64,000 nucleotides of DNA from a virus (taxonomy: Duplodnaviria; Caudoviricetes): IMG/VR virus record IMGVR_UViG_3300028888_000115, positions 11,458 through 75,457 of that record; one strand, given 5' to 3'. This document shows, in pieces, positions 9,175-18,527 of this stretch (position 1 is the first letter of the stretch; every line of letters starts with the position of its first letter). The notes under the pieces were generated by a model, which had not been told where the DNA came from, ran no database searches, and was given only the letters and a program-made list of their open reading frames with translations. The position numbers were made by a program, and so were the translations under genes.

Positions 9175-9381
9175 ATGGATGAAGCATACATGACCGGAAT
9201 CAAGGATGTGGAGCCGTGGATGGTAGAAAAGGCCAGACAGCATTCGAGCGATGACCTGAAAAGCTGGATCTGGTCCGAAGTGTCCGGTGGCTCGCCTGTG
9301 CCGATGTGTCTGTCGGTGGAATCTCTGAGGATCGTCCTGAGAGAGCGCGGCGAAGATGGAAAGGGGTGGCACAACACGTGA
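9175..9381 (+). CDS. hypothetical protein
   Basis: GGAGG RBS. Confidence 0.7.
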   Translation: MDEAYMTGIKDVEPWMVEKARQHSSDDLKSWIWSEVSGGSPVPMCLSVESLRIVLRERGEDGKGWHNT

Positions 9382-9794
9382 ATCAGGAGCAAAAGGCCTA
9401 TGCAATGGCAAGAGCAGCGTATCAGCTTGCCAAAGACGAGATCAAACGGTACGAGCAGGATTTCATCGTCCGTGAGAACGTGCACAATCAGGACGGAAGC
9501 GTCCCTGATCAAATCTGGGCACTTGATACGGACTTTGACGAGGATTACTTCGATGCGCTCTGTGACAAGCTTGATTCGGAAGATGCCTTCAAAGCTCTTT
9601 GCAACGCAGAGACCGAGGCCTACAAGAAGCTTCAGGCCGCAGAAGATCGTCTGATTGATTTCAGCCTGTCTCTTCCGATGCCGGAGAGCGTGCGTCGGAC
9701 GCTTCAGGAGCACCGGAAAGAATACAAGATCCGGGACCGGCTGATCGATCTTGCCTTCCGGCTGGATACAAGAACCGTGAAAGCGAGGACGTAA
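9378..9794 (+). CDS. hypothetical protein
   Basis: GTGA overlap. Confidence 0.7.
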   Translation: MNQEQKAYAMARAAYQLAKDEIKRYEQDFIVRENVHNQDGSVPDQIWALDTDFDEDYFDALCDKLDSEDAFKALCNAETEAYKKLQAAEDRLIDFSLSLPMPESVRRTLQEHRKEYKIRDRLIDLAFRLDTRTVKART

Positions 9795-9795
9795 A

Positions 9796-9999
9796 ATGGA
9801 AAACGAAGACATGATCAGCACCAAGAATCCGGAACCGTTTGTCATCCACGAGGAATACTACCAGCCTTCCGAAAGAGCGCCTATCTTCGACGACCTGGAA
9901 GCTCTCTTGGAAGGAGCAGCAAAGCTCCACGAAGCGCATGATTTCGGTCACGCGGTCGGCCTGGTCTATCTTGCACTGGAAAAGGTGCGCTCAGTCTGA
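9796..9999 (+). CDS. hypothetical protein
   Basis: GAGG RBS. Confidence 0.65.
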   Translation: MENEDMISTKNPEPFVIHEEYYQPSERAPIFDDLEALLEGAAKLHEAHDFGHAVGLVYLALEKVRSV

Positions 10000-10227
10000 A
10001 GACGCGGCCTTTTCAATTTTGGAGTCCGGGACGTATTCGATAAGCTTTCCGGGTTGCTTGCCAGTGATAGCGCAGATCCGGTCAAGCGTATCAAACGAGA
10101 TGGACTTGCTCTCCTGAATGTTCCGGACGGTTTGAACGCCGATAATCTTTTCGCGGCGCAGACGATAGGTGGAATACCCGCAATCCTTCAAAAGCTGGAT
10201 CGGGTCAACACGCCAACGTATAGCCAA
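9991..10227 (-). CDS. XRE/Cro-C1 HTH repressor (copy 2)
   Basis: LKDCGYSTYRLRREKIIGVQTVRNIQ...ISFDTLDRICAITGKQPGKLIEY; AGGAGGT RBS and TTG start; paralog of 7003-7239. Confidence 0.88.
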   Translation of the reverse strand: MAIRWRVDPIQLLKDCGYSTYRLRREKIIGVQTVRNIQESKSISFDTLDRICAITGKQPGKLIEYVPDSKIEKAASSD

Positions 10228-10251
10228 TATATCACCTCCTGTAAGGGTATA

Positions 10252-10288
10252 TATACTAATTTTAGTACATAAACGAAATTTTGTCAAC
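10252..10288 (-). promoter_or_regulatory. promoter/operator of XRE copy 2
   Basis: TTGACA on minus strand (10283-10288); operator TATACTAATTTTAGTACA 10252-10269. Confidence 0.65.
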
Positions 10289-10337
10289 CTAACAGTTCGT
10301 CTGAATGTATATTTGAGAAGAGGATGTGCGCGCTACA

Positions 10338-11720
10338 ATGGGCGAAAACAAATTAATTATCAAAGACCACAATCTTGAGGCCTATGACAGAGTGAGAAGA
10401 CGATTTGAGAAAAGCAAGAGAACGTGTGTCATCAACGCTACCGGCACAGGTAAAGCTTACATTGCGCTTCAATGCATGCGTGACTATCATGGCAAGAAAA
10501 TATATATTACATCGTATATGGCAAATCTGAAAGAGTTCCAAGAAAAAGCGAACATATATCTCGGTGAAACAAACACAGATTTCTTGATCTATGCAGGAGT
10601 CAAAAACTATCTCCCAAAACTACGAAAAATGGAGCTGAAGCCAGAACTTATCATTTTGGATGAATTTCACAGGGCTGGGGCAAAAAAATGGGGAGAAAAT
10701 TTGAAGAAGATGTTAGCGGCCTGCCCAAACGCAAAGGTTTTGGGATTAACAGCAACTGAAATACGTTATCTTGACAACGAACGAGATATGGCTAATGAGT
10801 TATTCAATTCTGATATAGCTTATAGATTGCCATTAGACGAGGCACTAATGAGAGGAATTCTTCCAGAACCTCAGTATTCTGTTTGCATTTACTATGACGA
10901 CGAAGTTGAAAAAATGGAAAGGCTGATACAAGAGGGAAAGGTTGCTGACATTGAGAAGTCCAAAAAGATTTTAATGGCTGCAAAAAAATACCTCGAACAC
11001 ACAAAAGGGATTGCCGACTACTTTGATGAGATGATGCAAAACAAAAATGGAAAGTATATTGTCTTTTGTCAAGACTATAAGCACCTCCAAAGGATGAAAG
11101 AAGAAAGCCGGAATTGGTTTCATCATAGAGAAGTTCATTATTATGAAATGTACTCAGACGACGACATGGCATATGAAAACATGAAGCAATTCGAAAAAGA
11201 TAACAGCAATCTGCTAAGGCTGCTTTTTGTGATATCAATGCTGAATGAGGGGGTGCATATAGATGGAGTGGATGGCTGCATTTTGCTTCGCACAACGAAA
11301 AGCGCAAATGTCTACTTTCAGCAGATCGGTAGAGCGTTAAGTACTAACCGGCACGAATCACCGCTTATCTTGGATGTTGTGAACAATGCAGAGAATCTCA
11401 ATCAGGCAAATCATTTTTGGACCGGCGTTCGCAAGAAAGCGGGAAAGAAAGCAAAAAGAAAATCAGGTCGGCAACCAGAATTTCACGTCAGCGTTTTTGG
11501 AGAAAACAAAGATCTGGCGTTGCTAATCGAGGAGTTCTACCGGCTCAAGCAAGATGATGATAACTGGAGTGAAGAAGAATTAAACATTCTCAAAAAAGAA
11601 TTTCCAAAAATAGGAAGAGCCGTTTTCTTCTATTTAGAAAAGAAGACGCCGTTCGAATGCTATAAAAAGGCAAAAGAGCTTGGACTTCCTACAGGATATG
11701 CAACATTAAGCTTTAGGTAA
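10338..11720 (+). CDS. superfamily 2 DExH helicase (AT-rich insert)
   Basis: NATGTGKA (Walker A), ILDEFHR, GLTAT, EGVHI, QQIGRAL. Confidence 0.88.
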   Translation: MGENKLIIKDHNLEAYDRVRRRFEKSKRTCVINATGTGKAYIALQCMRDYHGKKIYITSYMANLKEFQEKANIYLGETNTDFLIYAGVKNYLPKLRKMELKPELIILDEFHRAGAKKWGENLKKMLAACPNAKVLGLTATEIRYLDNERDMANELFNSDIAYRLPLDEALMRGILPEPQYSVCIYYDDEVEKMERLIQEGKVADIEKSKKILMAAKKYLEHTKGIADYFDEMMQNKNGKYIVFCQDYKHLQRMKEESRNWFHHREVHYYEMYSDDDMAYENMKQFEKDNSNLLRLLFVISMLNEGVHIDGVDGCILLRTTKSANVYFQQIGRALSTNRHESPLILDVVNNAENLNQANHFWTGVRKKAGKKAKRKSGRQPEFHVSVFGENKDLALLIEEFYRLKQDDDNWSEEELNILKKEFPKIGRAVFFYLEKKTPFECYKKAKELGLPTGYATLSFR

Positions 11721-11742
11721 AATCACAAAACGCATAAAAATA

Positions 11743-11810
11743 AGCACAAATATTTGTACACAATGCGAATAGAAAAAGAGACGAAAATGTGGTAATATAT
11801 AGACGCTGGC
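11743..11810 (+). promoter_or_regulatory. early promoter P2 with operator
   Basis: Operator AGCACAAATATTTGTACA 11743-11760; TAGAAA-17-TAATAT with TGG; ACGCTGG after -10. Confidence 0.65.
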
Positions 11811-11876
11811 GGGGCCAGTAATTTGATGCCTGATAGATGCTGCGAAGCATTCGCCAAAGGCTGATTGGAGGACTCA

Positions 11877-12065
11877 ATGAGAAGGAAACTGTTCGCCGCT
11901 TCCGGTTCGTGTTCCGCCGAGGAAAAGATCATTGAGGGCCGCGTAGTAAATCAGATCACGTTTGTCAGCAACGAGTTCACGGGGACAATGGACGGGCAAG
12001 GCTTTTGGGATGATCTGGCAAAGCTGGCGCGGGAAAAAGGAAAGTATATCAGGCTGGTGTACTGA
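11877..12065 (+). CDS. hypothetical protein
   Basis: GGAGG RBS. Confidence 0.65.
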   Translation: MRRKLFAASGSCSAEEKIIEGRVVNQITFVSNEFTGTMDGQGFWDDLAKLAREKGKYIRLVY

Positions 12066-12092
12066 GACAAGCTGCTGCGAAGGAGGATAGCG

Positions 12093-12473
12093 ATGCTGGA
12101 AAAGAAAGAGGATCTGTTCATTGGCCAGTTTCCCGGATGCCTTGTCTTTGCGGACAAGACGGTCAATGAGAACGGGGATTACAAGGATCTGGCCCGTGTT
12201 TCTCATGCTGGGAACAAAACATACAGCGTCAATCCGGCTTCGCTGCCGGACTGGGTCAAGAAGATCATCGATGATCAGGCCGAACAAAAGAAGATGGAGT
12301 GGCAGGGATACGTCCGGCGTGAAATCGGCGGGCGTCCTGGGCCCTTCTACGAAAAGATGCTTGACGCGCTGCCGCTGACAGTGTTCGCAGACTGGGTGAC
12401 CACCAAGCGAAAGGGCATGACCATCGAGGAATGCTGCCGGGAGCTTCTGCCGATCTACGAGAAATACTGCTGA
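12093..12473 (+). CDS. hypothetical protein
   Basis: GGAGG RBS. Confidence 0.75.
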   Translation: MLEKKEDLFIGQFPGCLVFADKTVNENGDYKDLARVSHAGNKTYSVNPASLPDWVKKIIDDQAEQKKMEWQGYVRREIGGRPGPFYEKMLDALPLTVFADWVTTKRKGMTIEECCRELLPIYEKYC

Positions 12474-12485
12474 GGGAGGGACTCT

Positions 12486-12737
12486 GTGATGGAAGGAGCA
12501 GGCTATGAGGTCCGGTATCTGGTACCGACTGCGGAGGGAAACCAGAAAGAGCACTCCCTGACGGTTGGAAGCTATCAGGAATACGCGGGCACGATCAACA
12601 TGTGCAAGAAGCTTGGATACAAGCTGGTCATCAATCCGATGTGCACCAGATGCGCCAGTCTCGGGCATGACTGTCATGGTGAGGCCAATCACGTCTACAC
12701 CGGCTGCGTGTCTCGCAGGGTTGCAAGACATGTTTGA
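12486..12737 (+). CDS. small Cys4 protein (paralog A)
   Basis: NPMCTRC...DCHG..NHVYTGCV. Confidence 0.7.
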   Translation: MMEGAGYEVRYLVPTAEGNQKEHSLTVGSYQEYAGTINMCKKLGYKLVINPMCTRCASLGHDCHGEANHVYTGCVSRRVARHV

Positions 12738-12966
12738 GTTCCACTATGAATATCTGTGCGCTGCCGGGTGGCGTGAGGAAAAGGTCAAACAAATTGAGAG
12801 TTATGCGCAACTTGACGATCTGACGGCGGAGTGCCAGAAGAGAGGATGGACGATTCTCGAAAATCCGATTTGCCGGAGCTGCGCCAAGTTTCCGGAAGAA
12901 TGTCCGGGAACGAGAAATCACATCTGGACAGGATGCGTCAACAGGAAAGAGAGGGTGAACACATGA
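12730..12966 (+). CDS. small Cys4 protein (paralog B)
   Basis: NPICRSC...ECPG..NHIWTGCV. Confidence 0.7.
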   Translation: MFEFHYEYLCAAGWREEKVKQIESYAQLDDLTAECQKRGWTILENPICRSCAKFPEECPGTRNHIWTGCVNRKERVNT

Positions 12967-14018
12967 CGGAGAAAGAAATGCGGGCAGAGATGACGGAAAA
13001 GATGCTGAGTGGGGAAGGAAGGGTCTATCTGGATGCGATCACTTGGAAGTCCGACCGTCTCCAGTGGCTTCTGAAGGAATCGGAGACGAGAAACAAGAAA
13101 CTCTCCGAGGTGACCGGGATCAGGGAGAGCTCTCTGAAGATGTACGAGTCCGGATGGGCAAAGCCGGGGCTTGGGGCGATCATCAAGCTTGCGGACTATT
13201 TCCACGTTCCGGTGGATTTCCTGCTTGGCCGGTGCTCGGAGCGGGAGGATAATGAAATCTTCGAGCACTTCGCGGACTATTTCAGGGTCCTGCGAGACGC
13301 GTCTTATGACGCATATCTGATCAACAAGTACGCCGGTGACGACTACATCAAGAGCGATAAGGTCTTCTCATGGCCGTACAACTTGGTAGAGAACATCTAC
13401 CGCGTGGAGGGAAACGAGGCGGTGGAATGCAGCCTTGACGGTCTCAAAGAAGCGATCTCTACTCTGACAGACAGAGAACAGCGCATTGTTTACATGAGGT
13501 ATCGGGAGGACATGACGCTGGATGAGATTGCGGCAGAAGAACAGGTAGGCCGCGAAAGAGTCCGGCAGATCCTTGCAAAAGCGTGCAGGAAGCTACGACA
13601 TCCTACCAGAATTCGCCTGATCCAGTACGGGATTGCCGGGACGGAGAAGCTTCGTGAGCTTCGGGACAGGGAGCGAGAAATCGTCGCCCGGGAGCAGGAA
13701 CTTGATGACCGGGAGGCCGCGATTGCGGAGCGTGAAAAGGCGCAGGGCGTCCCAGTGCCGGAAAAAAAGGAACCGGCAAAGCCGGATGAACCGCTGAGCA
13801 ACCTGCGGCACGAGATTGAGGATTACGACCTGTCGGTCCGGTCCTACAACTGCCTGAAGCGAGCCGGATGCAAAACCATGGAGGACGTTGCGAAGGTGGC
13901 GGAAAGCGGGGGCCTGCTGAGAATCCGGAACATGGGCAGACGGTCGGCAGAAGAAGTGCTTGGGGTTCTGAAGGAAAAGTGCGGGCTCGATTACTCGGCT
14001 CTCTACTTTGCAGCCTGA
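12963..14018 (+). CDS. XRE HTH + sigma70 region 4 + RNA polymerase alpha-CTD fusion
   Basis: LSEVTGIRESSLKMYESG...LADYFHVPVDFLLGR (XRE); LTDREQRIVYMRY...TLDEIA...RERVRQI (sigma4); IEDYDLSVRSYNCLKRAG...IRNMGRRSAEEV (alphaCTD). Confidence 0.85.
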   Translation: MTEKEMRAEMTEKMLSGEGRVYLDAITWKSDRLQWLLKESETRNKKLSEVTGIRESSLKMYESGWAKPGLGAIIKLADYFHVPVDFLLGRCSEREDNEIFEHFADYFRVLRDASYDAYLINKYAGDDYIKSDKVFSWPYNLVENIYRVEGNEAVECSLDGLKEAISTLTDREQRIVYMRYREDMTLDEIAAEEQVGRERVRQILAKACRKLRHPTRIRLIQYGIAGTEKLRELRDREREIVAREQELDDREAAIAEREKAQGVPVPEKKEPAKPDEPLSNLRHEIEDYDLSVRSYNCLKRAGCKTMEDVAKVAESGGLLRIRNMGRRSAEEVLGVLKEKCGLDYSALYFAA

Positions 14019-14035
14019 GAAGGGAGAAAACGCAG

Positions 14036-14698
14036 ATGAGGAAATTCTGGTTTTCTGACAAGGACAAGAATCTGTTTTCCAGAGAGTTTGAATCTTTCAA
14101 CGAAGCGGAGAACTATGCGGAGGAAAACGGGTTTCAGTATTATTGCCCGTCCATTTACCGGTGCAGGAAGCTTGCACAGAAACGGATGGAAGAATACGGT
14201 GACACGAAGTACACGGTCTTCACGGTTCCTCATCTATACTGCGGTGACTGCAGATATAACGGGCGGAACTGCAAGCGTGTGGACCACGACGGCGTCAAGT
14301 TTCACAAGTCGCCGTTCCAATCATACCACGGCGGCGAGCATCATATCCCATGCCGTGATTTCGAGCCGAGATTTCCGCACTATGCAATGTACAGGGATCT
14401 CTGGCAGGGATTTAATGATTGCTGGCCTGTCTATGTGGACGCGTGGCTCGGGTGCAGAGAGCCGAAAGAACTGACGTTCCATCTCGGAGACGATTTTGAC
14501 ACGGACTATGCGGTGCCGTTCAACCTGTTCTTCTACGGCGGGATGATTCAGGACGGCGTCCTGATGGCAACAGAAAAGCGGACGACGGTTCGCGACAAGG
14601 TGGATCTCGGGGTCCAGCTTTATAAAATCAAGAGGACGCCGATTGGAGGCGTCGTGATCAAAACCGGCGAGTGTCTTCCGGTAAAGGAACCGACATGA
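14036..14698 (+). CDS. hypothetical protein
   Basis: GGGAG RBS. Confidence 0.7.
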   Translation: MRKFWFSDKDKNLFSREFESFNEAENYAEENGFQYYCPSIYRCRKLAQKRMEEYGDTKYTVFTVPHLYCGDCRYNGRNCKRVDHDGVKFHKSPFQSYHGGEHHIPCRDFEPRFPHYAMYRDLWQGFNDCWPVYVDAWLGCREPKELTFHLGDDFDTDYAVPFNLFFYGGMIQDGVLMATEKRTTVRDKVDLGVQLYKIKRTPIGGVVIKTGECLPVKEPT

Positions 14699-14907
14699 GA
14701 AAGATAACGACAGGGGTAGCGATTGCGATTTTCTCGGATATCCGGACGGAACGGTATACGACAGAAGAGAAAATGCGGGCCATTGAAATTGTGCTGGGGC
14801 TGAATCGAAACGGCGAAGTCCGGAAAACGGCTGCATTTGATGTGATAAAGTGGCTTATGGAACAGAATAACGTGGAGGGTATCAGAAGTGACAATCAAGG
14901 GGAATGA
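14695..14907 (+). CDS. hypothetical protein
   Basis: ATGA overlap. Confidence 0.6.
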   Translation: MRKITTGVAIAIFSDIRTERYTTEEKMRAIEIVLGLNRNGEVRKTAAFDVIKWLMEQNNVEGIRSDNQGE

Positions 14908-15145
14908 CGTAATCTATCTGTCGGACCGGCAGTATGTGGCGGTCACCCACAATCCGTTCGGGATGGGGATGCGGTACAACGTGTACCGGAAAAAGAACTA
15001 TCCATTGGGCGGAACCGGCTGGGAGTACCAGGACTCCTTCGACACGGTCTACGAGGCGGTTGGATACGCAAAGATGATGGTAGACATCCCTGTCGAATGG
15101 GAGCCAAAAACCTACCAAGATTGGGGGGTGCTCCTGCATGGGTGA
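14888..15145 (+). CDS. hypothetical protein
   Basis: GGAGG RBS, GTG start. Confidence 0.65.
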   Translation: MTIKGNDVIYLSDRQYVAVTHNPFGMGMRYNVYRKKNYPLGGTGWEYQDSFDTVYEAVGYAKMMVDIPVEWEPKTYQDWGVLLHG

Positions 15146-15788
15146 CGCACAGTTTATCTTTAACCAGACCTCCTCTGAGCGGAAACGAATTGGAAGAGGA
15201 GCCGCCGCGAGAAAGAACGGCGTCAAAAGCAAGAAGTGCAGCCTTCCGTCTGATCATCTGACGGCAGCGCAGAAAAAGAAGATGAACGGGGAGTGCAAGA
15301 AATACGATCTTTCAAAACCGATGAAATGGGACGTGTTTAAGACGCTTCCCTGTGACTTGCAGTCGGAATACATCAAGAAACTGGCTGCGATGGGCGCGAG
15401 CAGATCCGATGTCTGCGACATGTTTAGCGTGAGGACGGAAACCTACTCCGAATACATGAACAAGCACCACAAGGGAGAACGGTTCTTCGACCGGAGCAAG
15501 ACCGGGAACGGGAAGAATGACGCTTTCGTCGCGTGGTTTGTCGAGGAAGGAAACATCCAGACGGCGAAAGCGGGCCCGGAAGAGCCAAAAGTTGAACAGA
15601 CAGCAGAGGAAAAACACGGGATCGCGGAAATCGGCCTCGCGACCAAGATCGTCTCTCCTGTCCTTCAGTCCGGGAGCATGACCTTCGAGGGTCAGCCTGA
15701 AGCCGTATTTGCGCAGGTTATGACCATGATGAACGCAGGGGAACGCTATCAGATCACGGTAAACTTTCAACTGAAAAGCATTTTGTAA
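15138..15788 (+). CDS. hypothetical protein
   Basis: ORF. Confidence 0.75.
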   Translation: MGDAQFIFNQTSSERKRIGRGAAARKNGVKSKKCSLPSDHLTAAQKKKMNGECKKYDLSKPMKWDVFKTLPCDLQSEYIKKLAAMGASRSDVCDMFSVRTETYSEYMNKHHKGERFFDRSKTGNGKNDAFVAWFVEEGNIQTAKAGPEEPKVEQTAEEKHGIAEIGLATKIVSPVLQSGSMTFEGQPEAVFAQVMTMMNAGERYQITVNFQLKSIL

Positions 15789-15813
15789 ATGCTGTGCAGA
15801 ATTCACAGAATTA

Positions 15814-15880
15814 TACTCTAAAATTTGTACATATTGCGAATTGCAAATGTTCTAAAATTAGTGTATATTATAGATGCTGG
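15814..15880 (+). promoter_or_regulatory. early promoter P3 with two operators
   Basis: Operators 15814-15831 and 15848-15865; TTGCAA 15841-15846, 17 bp, TATATT; ATGCTGG. Confidence 0.75.
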
Positions 15881-15936
15881 GGGCGGTCCTCAGCGGCCTT
15901 CGGGCCTTGGCTTTTGAGTGGAAAGTGAGGTTTCGG

Positions 15937-16392
15937 ATGCTCGATAAAAACGGTGTGGAAATCAGGACCGGCGATGTGGTCCGCGTGAGCAACGCGTTCT
16001 TCGCGAATGACAACGGGACGTACTTGGTCGTTCACTCTGCCGGTGATCCGTCTTGGACCGGAAACGATCACTGCCTGTATCGGCTCCGCCGCGACGGAAA
16101 GATCAGCGCGAACAAGTACAAGACCGCCTTCTGGCCTCTTGGCGCTTGGACGAACGACAAGTTGAAGAACGCGGAAGCTCGGAAATGGAACGCGGAACAC
16201 GCGGAAATCGAAGTGATTCCGTTCGAGAAGCGTGATGGCGCTCGGGATTACTTCGCGGAAAAGGCCGATGAGCTCGGCGAGTCCATCAAGCTCGATGTGT
16301 GGAAGGGCTGGGATGAGAACTGCGACTGGATCGTGAAGAACAAGAAAGCCAAGAGCTTCTACGAGTCGGTTGCGGCGCGTCTGGCTGCGTGA
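15937..16392 (+). CDS. hypothetical protein (YopX-like N-terminal motif)
   Basis: LDKNGVEIRTGDVV. Confidence 0.7.
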   Translation: MLDKNGVEIRTGDVVRVSNAFFANDNGTYLVVHSAGDPSWTGNDHCLYRLRRDGKISANKYKTAFWPLGAWTNDKLKNAEARKWNAEHAEIEVIPFEKRDGARDYFAEKADELGESIKLDVWKGWDENCDWIVKNKKAKSFYESVAARLAA

Positions 16393-16403
16393 GGAGGTGC
16401 CTG

Positions 16404-16643
16404 ATGGAAAAGGAAAAGCTTCGCGACTTCTACATGAGCAAGTATCCGACCGACAGCTACGGAGAGAGCATCGATCCGGATGCGGATTTTGAAGGCCTGT
16501 TCGAGACTCTGGACCATTACGGTGATGTTTATGAGTACATCGGCGTCGGAGACAGCATGATCCGGGAGGCCCTGTTTTCCCGTCTGGCGGAAATCATGGG
16601 CTGTGGGTACGATGTTGTGTATGAGCAGTGGCTTGCTGCCTGA
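16404..16643 (+). CDS. small acidic protein
   Basis: GGAGGT RBS. Confidence 0.7.
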   Translation: MEKEKLRDFYMSKYPTDSYGESIDPDADFEGLFETLDHYGDVYEYIGVGDSMIREALFSRLAEIMGCGYDVVYEQWLAA

Positions 16644-16656
16644 GAAAGGAGCCAAG

Positions 16657-16881
16657 ATGTTTGCGGTTTCTCTTGACAGGGTTCGCGGACGGTCGACGAC
16701 CGGACAGTATTTCTACGGTGGAACGATGGAGTTCTCCAAGTTCGGAACGATGACGGAGGCAAAAGAGGAGGTATCCGACGCGTTCAAATCCGGATACTTC
16801 AATCATGCGAGGATCTATGACCAGAGCGACAGGACGGAGATTGAAAGGTTCTCCGGTGGTGAGTGGACAAAGGTCTGCTGA
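16657..16881 (+). CDS. hypothetical protein
   Basis: AAGGAG RBS. Confidence 0.65.
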   Translation: MFAVSLDRVRGRSTTGQYFYGGTMEFSKFGTMTEAKEEVSDAFKSGYFNHARIYDQSDRTEIERFSGGEWTKVC

Positions 16882-16895
16882 GAAAGGAGATTGTG

Positions 16896-17462
16896 ATGGG
16901 TTGGACTTTCTATCACGTTGACAGTTGGGATCTGGACAGGAAAGCGGAAATCGACAAGAAGTTCAACTGGGAAGAGGACGGACAGAGCGTCAAGGTCCTG
17001 AAGTCCGCGATGGTCGGTTCGACTTGGTACGGAGCTCTTCGAGTGGACAACGGCGAGAGCGTTGAAGTGACTGCAGAGGTTGTTCTGACGTCAATGAAGA
17101 GTCGAGACTACTTCAACTTCGGATACAAAGCGATGAGCGAGACGGTCGGGCCTGGCGAGTCGAAGTGTCCTGCTGGAATTCTGAAGATGCTGACTCCGAC
17201 AGACTCGGAATTTGCGAAGGCGTGGCGCGAGCGCTGCTGGAAGTATCACGAGTCAAAGAAGAGTCCGGACGCGCTGAAAAATCTTCCTTATGGGGCCGAG
17301 ATCCGCTTCAAGTGGGGCAACAGGGAAGTCGAGGTTGTCAAGCGTGCGCCGCGATATCAGTTCAAGACCGATTGGTGGCAGGTCAAGGGCGAGAAACAGT
17401 ACTGGGCGAAGAAGAGAATTCCGAGTGAGTACGTGGTGGTTTCGAGAGGGGAGGCCGCGTGA
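16896..17462 (+). CDS. DUF6927-like protein
   Basis: MGWTF...VLKSAMVGSTWYGA...FGYKAMSETVGP..CP..IL..LTPT..AWRERC. Confidence 0.65.
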   Translation: MGWTFYHVDSWDLDRKAEIDKKFNWEEDGQSVKVLKSAMVGSTWYGALRVDNGESVEVTAEVVLTSMKSRDYFNFGYKAMSETVGPGESKCPAGILKMLTPTDSEFAKAWRERCWKYHESKKSPDALKNLPYGAEIRFKWGNREVEVVKRAPRYQFKTDWWQVKGEKQYWAKKRIPSEYVVVSRGEAA

Positions 17463-17677
17463 TGGCTGAGACAAAGATTGATGTCAACGACTTCTATACG
17501 AGGCGAATTCGCGACTACGCACTGGCTGATCCGGAGACACGCAAAAAGAGCATGGCACATTGGCTTGAGTGCTATGCGGACGAATTTGCGAAGGGCAGAT
17601 TCGACGAGCACAGCGCAAGGGTGATCGCCAACATGGCTCTGGTGGACGCTGGCCTTGTGACACTGGAAGAAGAGTGA
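17459..17677 (+). CDS. hypothetical protein
   Basis: ORF overlap, RBS. Confidence 0.65.
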   Translation: MMAETKIDVNDFYTRRIRDYALADPETRKKSMAHWLECYADEFAKGRFDEHSARVIANMALVDAGLVTLEEE

Positions 17678-17692
17678 AGGGGGGTGCTGTGA

Positions 17693-18325
17693 TTGATCAG
17701 AACGGTTGCACATCAGGAACTTGGCGGCGGGTATGCGATGGGACCGAGATATACGGTGGATACCGCAGAACTGGAACCGGGCGTGTTTGAGACAATGGTT
17801 TTGAGAAACATGCCGTTCGGTGATGCGGATGAAATGGACTGCAAGCGGACGGACAATGAGGTCCAAGCGCAGCAGGACTTCCGAGAACTGCTGATGAAGT
17901 ACGCAGGGAAGACCCAGAACGCCTTCCTGAAGGCCGACATGAAGCCCGGAGGGCGGTACACAATCTTCCGCCTGAATGAATTCGGCTGGCCGGTTGCGCA
18001 GAAGATCACGTTTGAGAGCATGGAGCTTACGACCTACGCCCAGCACTGGGACACGGTTGCTCTCACGTATCGAGGGGCACGGAAGCAGAGATCCGAGAAA
18101 CAGTTTTTCTTCCATGGAAGCTTCGCTATCTGTGAGGGATGGCAGGACCTTCCTGAAAATTTTGGTCAGGAAGTGCTTAAAAGCACTCGTAGCGTGACAA
18201 TCAGTAAATCCAAGTACGGATGCTTCGACAGCCGGTACTTTGAGGATATCAAGAAGATCCTGAAAAACGTGCTTGTGGTGCTGGAAGACTACCAGACCGG
18301 TGCAGACGGCAAGGTGTATGCATGA
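17693..18325 (+). CDS. hypothetical protein
   Basis: ORF. Confidence 0.7.
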   Translation: MIRTVAHQELGGGYAMGPRYTVDTAELEPGVFETMVLRNMPFGDADEMDCKRTDNEVQAQQDFRELLMKYAGKTQNAFLKADMKPGGRYTIFRLNEFGWPVAQKITFESMELTTYAQHWDTVALTYRGARKQRSEKQFFFHGSFAICEGWQDLPENFGQEVLKSTRSVTISKSKYGCFDSRYFEDIKKILKNVLVVLEDYQTGADGKVYA

Positions 18326-18486
18326 TGCGGTATGCGGTCTATCGTCGGTTCTTCCGATGCCCGATCTGCGGAAACGTGACGACTGCGACGAAGAGAAGGG
18401 ATAGAATGACGCCGCGAGGACACCGGAAAAACATGTGGTGCTGGAAGTGCCAGAAGGTTGTAAACCATATCCAGATCAGCAGATGA
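18322..18486 (+). CDS. 54-aa zinc-ribbon protein resembling ribosomal protein bL33 (not in ORF track)
   Basis: MMRYAVYRRFFRCPICGNVTTATKRRDRMTPRGHRKNMWCWKCQKVVNHIQISR; ATGA overlap. Confidence 0.6.
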   Translation: MMRYAVYRRFFRCPICGNVTTATKRRDRMTPRGHRKNMWCWKCQKVVNHIQISR

Positions 18487-18527
18487 TGGGGGTGCGATTT
18501 TTGACTCTTTACTGTTCGGAAAGACGG

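Noticed and set aside
8940-9845. Long minus-strand ORFs (e.g. 8940-9845, 18603-19562, 35141-35992, 59987-61249)
   Set aside because: They are antisense shadows of well-supported plus-strand genes, with no recognisable motifs or RBS.
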